Assembly: GCA_037481835.1 (NCBI GenBank)
Contig: JBBFKW010000001.1
Location: 223,443 to 287,442 of the forward strand
Direction: 5' to 3'
DNA: 64,000 nucleotides
Source: Desulfosoma sp.
Lineage (GTDB): Bacteria > Desulfobacterota > Syntrophobacteria > Syntrophobacterales > DSM-9756
Shown: positions 9,936 to 18,934 of the stretch, piece after piece
Layout of the letters: each line of letters begins with the position of its first letter
Position numbering within the stretch: the stretch's first letter is position 1
Made by a program: the position numbers and the translations under genes
The notes under the pieces: generated by a model
Told to the model about the DNA's origin: nothing
Database searches by the model: none
Seen by the model: only the letters and a program-made list of their open reading frames with translations

Positions 9936-11513
9936 ATGTCGTTTTGGCATCGCCGCCAAGCCATGGGGTGGGCCGCCGCCCTTCTCGGAGCAAGCGTCCT
10001 TCTGTCCCGGTTCATGGGCCTCTTCCGAGACAAGGTCATTTCCTATTATTTCGGGGCGACGGAAGAATCGGACGTCTATTTCGCCGCCTTCGTCATCCCG
10101 GACTTCATCAATTACCTCCTTGCCGGGGCTTATTTTTCCATCACGCTCATCCCCCTCCTGAGCGAAAAGTTTCAAAAGGACGAGGAAGACGCCTGGCGCT
10201 TCTTTTCCGCCGTTCTTTTTTGGACCGCTGTCACCAGCACGGCACTGACGGCGGCCGTCATGATCTGGGCGAGCCCGCTGTCCCGTTGGGCGGCGCCAGG
10301 CCTGAGCGCCCAGGCGGCGACACGCTTGGCCTACTTTCTTCGCATCATCGCTCCGGCCCAGATTTTCTTCCTCCTGGGATCGTGTTGCAGTGCCGTGCTC
10401 TATCTGAGAAAGCAGTTCCAGGCCCCGGCCCTGAGCCCCCTCGTTTACAACGCGTTCATCATCGCCTTGGGCATCCTGATGCGCCGATCCGGCATGGCGG
10501 GGTTTTGCTGGGGTGTTCTGGCGGGGGCCTTCTTGGGGAACTTTTTGCTGCCCTTGACCGCCGTGCGCTACGGGGGCGACTTTCGGTGGCGATGGGTCCT
10601 GTGGCACCCGTCGCTCAAAAAATTCCTGCTCCTGGCGCTGCCGCTCATGGTGGGCCAGTCCGTCGTGGTCCTGGACGAACAGCTCGTGCGCATTTTCGGG
10701 TCTCTGGCAGCCGTCGGCGCCATCAGCTGGCTCAATTACGCGCGGCGCATCATGCTCGTTCCCGTCGGCGTGGTGGCTCAGGCCGCCGGGACGGCCTCCT
10801 ACCCCTTCCTGGCCGAAGCTTACGCCTCTGGGGACAGTCGAAAGTTTTTCCAGACGCTGAACACGGCTTTTCGAAACAGCGTGGCCGTTCTTATTCCTCT
10901 GTCCCTGTGGATGATCCTGGCCGCCGAACCCATCATCGTCCTCATCTTCCAGCAAGGCCGTTTCAGCACCGCGGATACCGTTGAAACCGTGTGGGCCTTA
11001 AGGATTCTCCTGACCGTGGTTTTCTGTTGGGGGATTCAGCAGATCCTTGGGCGGGGCTACTATGCTCGGCAGGACACCGTCACGCCGGCAGTAATCGGCA
11101 CCTTGTGCACCGCTGCCGTCATCCCCATCTATTTCATCGCGGCCGCACGTTTCGGCGCCCGAGGGGTGGCCGGGGCGAGCGCCCTTTCCGTGGCGCTCTA
11201 TACGACCGTGCTCAGCCTTTGGTGGCGCTTTCGTATGGGATCCCAGGCCTTCGAGGGCCTGGGCGCTACGGCGTTTAAGATCACCCTTATCAGCGCGGCC
11301 GCTTTGGTCCCCGGCGGCCTCGGCCTTTTCTTACCGACGTTACGGCCGCTGTCCAACCTCTACATCCACGCTTTCTGCCGGTCGGCCCTATCCGGCGCGC
11401 TTTTCGCCCTGGGCTTCGCCTTCTTGGGGCGACGATTCGCCGGCGACCTTCTGGATCCTCTCTTCAACCGATGGCCTCTTTCCAGGCCGCGCCGTCCCAC
11501 AAGCCCACGATAG
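9936..11513 (+). CDS. murJ: Lipid II flippase MurJ (MviN)
   Basis: SRFMGLFRD, FAAFVIPD, LNYARR and RGYYARQDTVTP motifs; multi-pass membrane protein. Confidence 0.9.
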   Translation: MSFWHRRQAMGWAAALLGASVLLSRFMGLFRDKVISYYFGATEESDVYFAAFVIPDFINYLLAGAYFSITLIPLLSEKFQKDEEDAWRFFSAVLFWTAVTSTALTAAVMIWASPLSRWAAPGLSAQAATRLAYFLRIIAPAQIFFLLGSCCSAVLYLRKQFQAPALSPLVYNAFIIALGILMRRSGMAGFCWGVLAGAFLGNFLLPLTAVRYGGDFRWRWVLWHPSLKKFLLLALPLMVGQSVVVLDEQLVRIFGSLAAVGAISWLNYARRIMLVPVGVVAQAAGTASYPFLAEAYASGDSRKFFQTLNTAFRNSVAVLIPLSLWMILAAEPIIVLIFQQGRFSTADTVETVWALRILLTVVFCWGIQQILGRGYYARQDTVTPAVIGTLCTAAVIPIYFIAAARFGARGVAGASALSVALYTTVLSLWWRFRMGSQAFEGLGATAFKITLISAAALVPGGLGLFLPTLRPLSNLYIHAFCRSALSGALFALGFAFLGRRFAGDLLDPLFNRWPLSRPRRPTSPR

Positions 11514-13413
11514 TTCCCGATTGAGCGGGGTCGTACCCGCCCAGGGCCTCCACACGACGGCGGAACCGTTCCGAGACGATCACCTCAAGGAGCCGCCGGA
11601 TTTTCGGATCTTCCCAGCAGTTCTCAGGAATGACCAGATCGTAGCGCTCCTCGCACACTGGCAAGAAATCCAATCCCAGGGCCTTGGCCGCCGCATAGAT
11701 GGCCATTCCGCAGTCGGCGCTTCCGCTGAGCACATTCACTGCCACGGCCATGTGCGTGTATTCTTCCCAGTCGTAGCCGTGGATGCCTTCGGGGGTGCGC
11801 CCAATCTTGGCCAGCTCGTAGTCCAGGAGGATGCGCGTCCCGGATCCCGCCTGTCGATTCACGAAACGCACGTCGGGCCGGAACAGGTCCTCCACACCCC
11901 GAATCCCTTTCGGGTTTCCAGGCGCCACGACCAGGCCTTGGCGACGGCGCACGAGCTGCACCAGGCGCACAGGAGTCCCTTGAAGGTAACGTTCCACGTA
12001 GGAACGGTTGTAATCGCCCGTTTCGGTATCCAAGAGGTGGGCGCCGGCGCAGTGGGCCTGGCCGCGGCGCACGGCCAACAGCCCGCCCAAGCTCCCCACG
12101 TTGCTGGATGAAAGGTGCATGCGCGGGTCCACCTTCTTGAGCTCCGAGGCCAGCACATCCACGGTGTTGTCGTGACTGCCGATCATGATCAGGGTGTGGT
12201 CCAGATCCTCTTCGGCGCGCAAAAGCCGCACCCGAACCCATTCGCCTTCGTTGACCCCTTCGGATTCCTGCGGGATGCGCACCAGTCCGTCAGCCCGGAC
12301 CAAGGAGGTGATCACGCCGGCGCCGCGCTGCAGCGGCATGGCCACAAGGCGATTGTGAACCCGACCCACGATGACCCGGAGGAATTCTTCGAGGCCCAAT
12401 TTGGAGGGCATTTTGCGGCCCATGACGGCATGTACCGTCGTCCAACCGGGTTCGGCAAGCCCCTGAAGCCACGCAAGCAGTGGTCGGACGAATTGTTCGA
12501 AGGCCATGACGGCGGATACGGGATAGCCGGGAAGACCAATGAAAGGCTTGCCTTCCACGAGTCCCAGGAGCACGGGTTTTCCGGGCATCATGGTCACGCC
12601 GTGGACGAGGAGCGTCCCCAGATCCTGGACGAGGGAGGCCGTATAGTCTTCCGATCCGGCGGAAGAGCCCGCGTTGAAAACGATGATGTCCGCATCGGAA
12701 AGCGCCGCTTCTTTCATGCGGGCCCGAAGCGTCTCGGCGTCGTCAGCCACACCGGGATGGAGCCTGGCGACCCCGCCTTCTTGTTGGACCATGGCGGCGA
12801 TGACGGTGCCGTTGAATTCCACGATTTGGCCGGGGGCCGCCTGAGCGGCCTCATTGGCAGGGACCAGTTCGGTTCCCGTCGGCTGGATCCACACGCGCGG
12901 CTTGGCATAAACCGAGACGGCGGAAACCCCCGAGGCCAAAAGGGCTCCCAGGTCCGCCGGGCGCAGCCGATGCTGCTGGGGAAGGAGAAGTTCGCCCGCC
13001 ACGATATCTTCCCCGACCTTGCGCACGTGCTGCCACGGAAAGGCGGCGGATCGAATCTCGATGGTTTGGGCGTCCACCGGGTGGACGTGTTCGATCATGA
13101 TCACCGCATCGGTCCCCGGGGGCATGGGATCGCCGGTATCGACCGCGAACGCCTGGACGCCCACGGTGAGGTGCTTCGGACGGACGGGTGCGGCGCCGAA
13201 AGTTTCCGAAGCCTTCACCGCATAACCGTCCATGGCCGCGCCGTGGTAATGGGGAACGGACACTTTCGCCGCAACGGGTTCTGCAAGCACCCGCCCCAAA
13301 GCCTCATGGACGGGCATCTCTTCCACCGCCGTGCGCCGATCCCCGACGGCTCGACGCCACTTCTCCCGCGCCTCTTCCAAAGTGTGCATTTCCAGATAGA
13401 TCTTTCGCTTCAT
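11464..13413 (-). CDS. moeA: Molybdopterin molybdenumtransferase MoeA fused to a C-terminal PBP (molybdate/tungstate-binding-like) domain
   Basis: AAMDGYAV, PGKP and GLPGYPVS, followed by GSHD, GSLGGL, NRQAGSGTR and ERYDL of the PBP domain. Confidence 0.92.
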   Translation of the reverse strand: MKRKIYLEMHTLEEAREKWRRAVGDRRTAVEEMPVHEALGRVLAEPVAAKVSVPHYHGAAMDGYAVKASETFGAAPVRPKHLTVGVQAFAVDTGDPMPPGTDAVIMIEHVHPVDAQTIEIRSAAFPWQHVRKVGEDIVAGELLLPQQHRLRPADLGALLASGVSAVSVYAKPRVWIQPTGTELVPANEAAQAAPGQIVEFNGTVIAAMVQQEGGVARLHPGVADDAETLRARMKEAALSDADIIVFNAGSSAGSEDYTASLVQDLGTLLVHGVTMMPGKPVLLGLVEGKPFIGLPGYPVSAVMAFEQFVRPLLAWLQGLAEPGWTTVHAVMGRKMPSKLGLEEFLRVIVGRVHNRLVAMPLQRGAGVITSLVRADGLVRIPQESEGVNEGEWVRVRLLRAEEDLDHTLIMIGSHDNTVDVLASELKKVDPRMHLSSSNVGSLGGLLAVRRGQAHCAGAHLLDTETGDYNRSYVERYLQGTPVRLVQLVRRRQGLVVAPGNPKGIRGVEDLFRPDVRFVNRQAGSGTRILLDYELAKIGRTPEGIHGYDWEEYTHMAVAVNVLSGSADCGMAIYAAAKALGLDFLPVCEERYDLVIPENCWEDPKIRRLLEVIVSERFRRRVEALGGYDPAQSGTIVGLWDGAAWKEAIG

Positions 13414-13428
13414 GGGCCTTCCCGCCTT

Positions 13429-14241
13429 CTAAACGCGCTGAAAACCAAATCGATGCCAAAATTCGCGCCGGTATCGTCGCACGGAACCGAGATAGGCATC
13501 CGCAACGTGCACCTGTTCCAGCTCGTCCAGCTGGACCGTCACCCAGTCGTCCAATGCGTCCAAGCTTCGGAACCAGCGGCGAAACGCCGCCTTGTCCAAA
13601 AGGCGCGGCGGCTGGATCACGAAGCTGCCGCCTCCGTGCTGATGGTAGCGACGCCCGTTGATCAGGGCGTTGTAGTCGGCGGTGTTCACCCCGACCACGG
13701 CGCAGAAATTGTCGAAAGCGCGCACCAAGGCCCCCGTTTTCCAGTGCCCCCGCAGAATGGGGAAGATGCTGATGTTAAAAATGATCTCCACCCCTTGATC
13801 CGCCAACTGCTTGGCGGCCTCGGGCTGCCCCCAAAAATCGATGCACACGGGAATGCCGATCTTTCCAAAATCCACGGGGAAAGCCCTGAAGACGCCGTCT
13901 CCGGGCGTCATGCGCAGGTGGTCCCGTTCCAGGGCGCCAAGGTTCCGTTTGCGTTGGCGTCCCAAAATCCTGCCGGATCGGTCAAAGAGGGTCGCGGTGT
14001 TGTAGAAACGATCGCCGTCCTGTTCCACCAAGCCGGCCACAATATAGGTCCGTAGATCCCGGGCGGCTTGGGCCAGCTCCTCTTCACCCACGAAAGGGAA
14101 ATACTCGGGAAAACACACCACGTCCAAATCCTGCCCCCTGCACTTTTCCAGAAGGTGGAGGCCGTGGCCGATATTTCTCGGATCGCCGAACTCGGGATAG
14201 GGCTTGGGCTGTACGAGAGCCACTCGAATGCTGTCCTTCAT
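13429..14241 (-). CDS. Carbon-nitrogen hydrolase (nitrilase superfamily)
   Basis: Glu-Lys-Cys triad motifs CFPEY, RQRK and VCIDF. Confidence 0.85.
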   Translation of the reverse strand: MKDSIRVALVQPKPYPEFGDPRNIGHGLHLLEKCRGQDLDVVCFPEYFPFVGEEELAQAARDLRTYIVAGLVEQDGDRFYNTATLFDRSGRILGRQRKRNLGALERDHLRMTPGDGVFRAFPVDFGKIGIPVCIDFWGQPEAAKQLADQGVEIIFNISIFPILRGHWKTGALVRAFDNFCAVVGVNTADYNALINGRRYHQHGGGSFVIQPPRLLDKAAFRRWFRSLDALDDWVTVQLDELEQVHVADAYLGSVRRYRREFWHRFGFQRV

Positions 14242-14251
14242 ACCTGCTCCC

Positions 14252-15082
14252 TCAACGATTTTGCATCAACTCCATGGAACCCGCCCACGAAAGATCCGCA
14301 AGATAAGGAAAGTGATCGGAAGGGTATCGTCCCCCGAAGTGATCCCGGACGATGGACACATTCCGGACCCGGAAATGGTCGGAAACCAAAATCCAATCCA
14401 TGCGGCTTTTCTGCGGCACGCCTGAAAAGCCGTGGTGCGTTTTGTCTTCGTCTCCTTCGATCTTGCCGCTTTGCCGCCAAGTGTCGCGAAGGCCCACTTG
14501 CGGGTCGGTCAAGATCCGGTAGACCGGGGATTCGGGCCCGTCGTTGAAGTCGCCCATGAGAACGTGGGCTCCAGGATAAGCCTTGACCCATCGGGCCAAA
14601 ATCCGGGCCTGCTCCCGTCGGGCTTCCGCGCCGATGTGGTCCAGATGGGTTACGGCAACCCAGAGAGTCATGCCGGTTTCCCGCTCCCGGATCCGGGCCC
14701 AGCTCATCATGCGCGGAAAGGCGCTGTCCCAGTCCTTGCTGCGATGCACATCGGGCGTTCGAGACAGCCAAAATTCCGCGCCGTCCGTCACGGCGCCGAA
14801 GGCCGTGCGCACGAAAAGGGTGGGATACTGGCAGGTCTCGTCAAGAACCCGGCCGGGGGCGTGGAGCGTGTAATCGTTAAGCTTTTCGGCCAGGTAAAGG
14901 AGCATGCTCCAGCGGCCTTCCTGGGTTCCCAACAGGTCGGGGCGATACCGCCGGATGGTTTCCACCACCAGGTCCCGTCGATAAATCCAGCTGTTTTCCC
15001 CGTCCCGGTCGTTTTCAAAGCGCAGGTTGAACGTCATGACACGCATGGGGTGATGGCCGTTTCCCGAAAATTTATCGTTCAT
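14252..15082 (-). CDS. Endonuclease/exonuclease/phosphatase family protein
   Basis: MTFNLR, GTQE, THLDH, MGDFN, MDWI and SDHFP motifs. The start may be at 15047. Confidence 0.9.
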   Translation of the reverse strand: MNDKFSGNGHHPMRVMTFNLRFENDRDGENSWIYRRDLVVETIRRYRPDLLGTQEGRWSMLLYLAEKLNDYTLHAPGRVLDETCQYPTLFVRTAFGAVTDGAEFWLSRTPDVHRSKDWDSAFPRMMSWARIRERETGMTLWVAVTHLDHIGAEARREQARILARWVKAYPGAHVLMGDFNDGPESPVYRILTDPQVGLRDTWRQSGKIEGDEDKTHHGFSGVPQKSRMDWILVSDHFRVRNVSIVRDHFGGRYPSDHFPYLADLSWAGSMELMQNR

Positions 15083-15116
15083 GTTTTGGTGCCGAGGTGC
15101 CGATTCTGGAAGTGAG

Positions 15117-15132
15117 CGGCAAGAAACTTGCA
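15117..15132 (+). promoter_or_regulatory. sigma54 (RpoN) -24/-12 promoter
   Basis: CGGCAAG-AAAC-TTGCA versus consensus TGGCACG-N4-TTGCW; exact GG-N10-GC spacing. Confidence 0.6.
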
Positions 15133-15201
15133 GTTGAAAAAATCACCGCACGAGAACCGGGGCGCCCTTCGGGGCGCACAACCCCAGAAAGGAGACAAGA
15201 C

Positions 15202-15327
15202 ATGGAGGCACCCATGGGTGTTTCGGCTTGGTTTGGCACCCTGTTCCTGTGGACCTTGGGATCGGCGGCGGCCGTCTGGGCGGCCTGCAGGCTCGCCGTC
15301 GTGCGGCGTCGCAGCCGCCGTGAATGA
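15202..15327 (+). CDS. 41-aa single-pass membrane peptide of unknown function
   Basis: AAAGGAG RBS. MEAPMGVSAWFGTLFLWTLGSAAAVWAACRLAVVRRRSRRE is one TM helix plus a basic tail. Confidence 0.55.
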   Translation: MEAPMGVSAWFGTLFLWTLGSAAAVWAACRLAVVRRRSRRE

Positions 15328-15441
15328 GGGGCTGTTCGTCGGCCATTCCCCTTTTGCGAGCCCCCGTTCCCGCATTCCAGCAGACCGAGTCCCGGCATCC
15401 GCGGAGCACCTCCATTGCCCTGTCGCAAAGGAGGTCCCATC

Positions 15442-15804
15442 ATGCAACCTTGCAGCAGCTGCACAAGCCACCGTTGTGGAACGTCCGAAAATCTCTTTGT
15501 GGACGATTTCTTCCGAAAGGACTGTTCCTGCACGGAAGAAGCCGCCCCTTCGTCCACAGGGGATAACCGGGATGAGCTGTTCCGCCGATTTCGATTAAGC
15601 CTCGATCCGAGCCACCAGCGCTTCGTGGCGGGCTATCAGTGGTTCTGCCGGGTGTGCGGCAAGCCGGCCGCCAGCGAGGAAGTGTGGTTTCCGTGCCGTC
15701 AAAAGTTCGTCACAGTCAAGGTCGTGTGCCACTTGGGCTGTTTCAGCCACTGGCGATTGAAAATCCACGCACAGAGCCCCCAGGCCCTGGCCCACGTGTG
15801 CTGA
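15442..15804 (+). CDS. 120-aa cysteine-rich hypothetical protein
   Basis: AAGGAGG RBS. 11 Cys, including CxxC-x4-C, CxC, CRVC and CHLGC. Confidence 0.7.
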   Translation: MQPCSSCTSHRCGTSENLFVDDFFRKDCSCTEEAAPSSTGDNRDELFRRFRLSLDPSHQRFVAGYQWFCRVCGKPAASEEVWFPCRQKFVTVKVVCHLGCFSHWRLKIHAQSPQALAHVC

Positions 15805-15844
15805 ATCCAAACTTCCCCGGACGGGTCCTCAGGCCTCGAAGCGC

Positions 15845-16036
15845 TCAGTCCTCGGCTCTTCGTTTGGCGCTGTAGAAGTCCATGAGAAACTGCGCCTCGA
15901 TGGGAGACAAGTCGAAACGCAGGATCGCTTCGTGAACGATCTTTTGCACGGGTTTGTCCGGCGACTCCTGGACACAGCACGACACCCACTTGACGGCTTT
16001 GCGAATGGCTTCCCCTTCGGGCATGACAGTTGTCAT
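15845..16036 (-). CDS. Small hypothetical protein
   Basis: MTTVMPEGEAIRKAVKWVS...FDLSPIEAQFL resembles small proteins I associate with Deltaproteobacteria. Confidence 0.75.
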   Translation of the reverse strand: MTTVMPEGEAIRKAVKWVSCCVQESPDKPVQKIVHEAILRFDLSPIEAQFLMDFYSAKRRAED

Positions 16037-16295
16037 CGCATCGTACACCTTTGTTGAACTTTCACGGGGCGGCTCCGGGGGCCCATGCGGCCCTCGGCTC
16101 TGTTTTCCGCCGTATTCCTAGCATTTTGCCGTCGCGCTGTCATCCCCCATTTCGCCGAAGCCCTCGCCCGAACGCGCTCCCTGCCGTAAATTGCCAAAAA
16201 CAGGTGGGGCCCCTGGAACTTTCCGTCGAAAGGGACTAGTTTTTGTGAGAAGGAATGAGGAAACGTGTGCGGCACAAATTCGGGAGCCCCGTGCA

Positions 16296-16982
16296 ATGAT
16301 GCGCTCATACCTGGAACCGACAGCCATCCTGGACTGGAACCATCCCCGGGTGCTTTCTTTCGCGCGGGAGGCCGTAGGAAAGGCGTCCGACCCGGTCCAA
16401 AAGGCGGTTCGGCTTTACGAAGCCGTGCGGGACGGCATCCGCTACGATCCCTATTCTCCCTTTTACCGGCCGGAACATTATCAGGCCAGCGAGGTTTTGC
16501 GGCGGGGTCGCAGTTTCTGCATCCCCAAAGCGGGGCTTCTGTGCGCCGCCGCCCGATCCCAAGGCATTCCCGCCCGGATCGGCTTCGCCACGGTGAGGAA
16601 CCACCTGGCCACAAGGCAGCTGTTGGAATACTTGGGATCCGACCTGTTCGTCTTCCACGGCTACACGGACCTTTTCCTGGAAGGCCGCTGGGTCAAGGCC
16701 ACACCGGCTTTCAACAAGGAACTGTGCCTGCGGCATGGGACGGACCCGTTGATTTTCGACGGCCGAAGAGATTCCCTCTTTCACCCGTACAACAAGAACC
16801 GGCAAAAATTTATGGAATACGTGGCATATCACGGCGAGTTTTCCGACATTCCCGTACAAGCCATCCTGGAGGCGTGGAAAGCCGCCTACGGGGCCGATCG
16901 GGTCCAGAGCTGGATCGATGCCATGGAAAACGCCGAAAAGAGCGCCCGCCGGGTTTTCGAACACGAAGATGTGGTGCAGTAA
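16296..16982 (+). CDS. Transglutaminase-like family protein
   Basis: VRDGIRYDPY, SFCIPKA (Cys), FHGY (His) and WVKATPAF motifs. Confidence 0.88.
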   Translation: MMRSYLEPTAILDWNHPRVLSFAREAVGKASDPVQKAVRLYEAVRDGIRYDPYSPFYRPEHYQASEVLRRGRSFCIPKAGLLCAAARSQGIPARIGFATVRNHLATRQLLEYLGSDLFVFHGYTDLFLEGRWVKATPAFNKELCLRHGTDPLIFDGRRDSLFHPYNKNRQKFMEYVAYHGEFSDIPVQAILEAWKAAYGADRVQSWIDAMENAEKSARRVFEHEDVVQ

Positions 16983-17016
16983 ACCGCGCCCACCAACAAC
17001 GAAAGGATCGTCTCCC

Positions 17017-17346
17017 ATGACCCTTGCTTCCGCCAAAAGCTGCATCCCTTTGCACCGATCCATGCTGGAAAACGTCGTCGACGTCGTCGACCGCACGGGA
17101 AACCTCTCCTTTGAAGAGGCCCGCCAAATGGCCGACCGTGAAGCGGCCAAGCGCTCGACAAACCCCATGCTCCTCGCATGGTACGACCACGCCCGCGGTG
17201 TCTTTTCACCCAACGTGGAATGTTGCGAATCGTCCAGACCGGCCTGGCTCGTCTATGCCCAGTCCCGGGGAGCCGATGTGACCGTCGCGATCAACGGGCT
17301 GGATTATGTCTTTGTCTACCGATCCACGGAACCGGACAACGAATGA
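17017..17346 (+). CDS. AF1514-like (DUF5619) protein
   Basis: PMLLAWYD...FSP..ECC....PAWLVYAQSRG pattern. AAAGGA RBS. Confidence 0.7.
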   Translation: MTLASAKSCIPLHRSMLENVVDVVDRTGNLSFEEARQMADREAAKRSTNPMLLAWYDHARGVFSPNVECCESSRPAWLVYAQSRGADVTVAINGLDYVFVYRSTEPDNE

Positions 17347-17399
17347 ACCCCTGAAGAGCCATTCCAACGCGGTGGTCCGGTTGGGAACCCTTTGCCGAC

Positions 17400-18170
17400 T
17401 CACGGAGACAGGCCGGCCCGCTTCATGAGGTTCACCGCGTGGACGATGGGAACGGCGAAGGTAATGCCGCTGGGCGCCTCCAGGGCCTTTTCCTTGCCGT
17501 GGGTGAGGAGCACCTTGTTCACAATGCCGAGGACTCGGCCCGTGTCCGGGTGAAACAAAGGGCTTCCGCTGTTTCCCGGATAGGCCGTTGCATCCAGCTG
17601 ATAGACGTCGAAGGCGGCCTTCAGGCGCTGGACCAGGTCCGAAGTGAGGGCTTGGCCCGATTTGACGGGAATGGCCATGGGACCTACCGCCGAAATAATG
17701 CCTCGGTGGGTCACCGGGTAGAGGCCGAGCACCATCCCAATGGGGAATCCGGTAAAAGCGATGTCTTGTCCTTCCCGGGCCGGTTCGGGGTCCAACCTCA
17801 GCGGAGGAAGGGGCTCTCCGCGAAAGCGCAGCAACACCATGTCATGCTCGTCGTCCCGGAGCACTTCCTCCAACTCACGAGCCTTCACCTCGGAGCCTCG
17901 GCCGACGAAAGCGACGAGAGCTTCCCGGTGGGCCGTGTCCAACTTTTCGGGCAGCACATGGGCATTGGTGAGGATATGCCGCCCGTCGGCCACGGCGAAT
18001 CCGGTGCCGAGAAAGACCGACGGCGGGCGTCTCATCGCCTGAAAGGTCCCCACGGCCACGATGGAACGACCGACCATGCCCGCCGTGTCCGCAAGGCCGC
18101 CGAAGGCACCGCCGCCGCTAAGGGCCAAAAACAGCAGCACGGTGAGTCCCCACGTCCGAACCGCCCTCAT
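17400..18170 (-). CDS. Exported trypsin-like S1 serine protease
   Basis: Signal peptide, then GTGF, TNAHV, HDMVLL and PGNSGSP motifs. Confidence 0.9.
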   Translation of the reverse strand: MRAVRTWGLTVLLFLALSGGGAFGGLADTAGMVGRSIVAVGTFQAMRRPPSVFLGTGFAVADGRHILTNAHVLPEKLDTAHREALVAFVGRGSEVKARELEEVLRDDEHDMVLLRFRGEPLPPLRLDPEPAREGQDIAFTGFPIGMVLGLYPVTHRGIISAVGPMAIPVKSGQALTSDLVQRLKAAFDVYQLDATAYPGNSGSPLFHPDTGRVLGIVNKVLLTHGKEKALEAPSGITFAVPIVHAVNLMKRAGLSP

Positions 18171-18934
18171 CGAGGCGCCCCCATGAGTCCCAAAAGGAAG
18201 GCTCGGACATTTTCTCCCAACACGGCGTGGTTGTATCCCCCTTCCAGCACGGCAAAGCACCCGATCCCCAACCGCGTGCAGGCCGATCGCACCATGGCCC
18301 CCAGAGCATGGTAGTCTTCCGTGAGAAGCACGCCGCCCCAGTCCTGGAGGTGCGCATCGAAGCCCGCCGAAACGGCGATGATGTCCGCCCGCATGGCCGC
18401 CAGATCGTTTTCCACAAGGCGCAGGTATTCGACCCGGTTTTCGGTCTGAGGGTTGAGGATGGCCGCGTAGCCCTTATCCCCGAGGATATTCACCGTGCCG
18501 TCTCCGTAATGGAGGTCGAAGTCCAGGACGTAGGCCGTTTGGATATGACCCTGGTGCCTGAGATGTTCCAGGGCTACGGCCACAGTGTTATAGTAGCAAA
18601 ACCCCCAGGAATCGTCCGCCGACGCGTGATGGCCGGGCGGCCGAACCAGTGCGAAAGCCGGCCTTTGGAGCCCTTCCAGCGCCGCCATGACGGCCCCTCC
18701 AGCCGCCAAAGACGCCACGCGGTCCAACCCCTGACGCATCACATTGCGAAGGTGCCGTTCCGTGTGCACGCGGCGCAGATCTTCCCATGAAGCCGGAAGG
18801 GCTTCGTGGAATTCGGCGATATCGGCGACGGCCTTTCGGATGCATTCCATTCGACCCGGTGCCGCAGCAGGGTCCTTGGTGTAGGGTTCGAGGAACTCAT
18901 CATGGGTGAAAACGGGTATCCTGCTCTGTTCCAT
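18167..18934 (-). CDS. Histone deacetylase family amidohydrolase
   Basis: RPPGHHA, GFCYYN, DFDLHYGDGT, SAGFD and LEGGY motifs. Confidence 0.93.
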   Translation of the reverse strand: MEQSRIPVFTHDEFLEPYTKDPAAAPGRMECIRKAVADIAEFHEALPASWEDLRRVHTERHLRNVMRQGLDRVASLAAGGAVMAALEGLQRPAFALVRPPGHHASADDSWGFCYYNTVAVALEHLRHQGHIQTAYVLDFDLHYGDGTVNILGDKGYAAILNPQTENRVEYLRLVENDLAAMRADIIAVSAGFDAHLQDWGGVLLTEDYHALGAMVRSACTRLGIGCFAVLEGGYNHAVLGENVRAFLLGLMGAPR

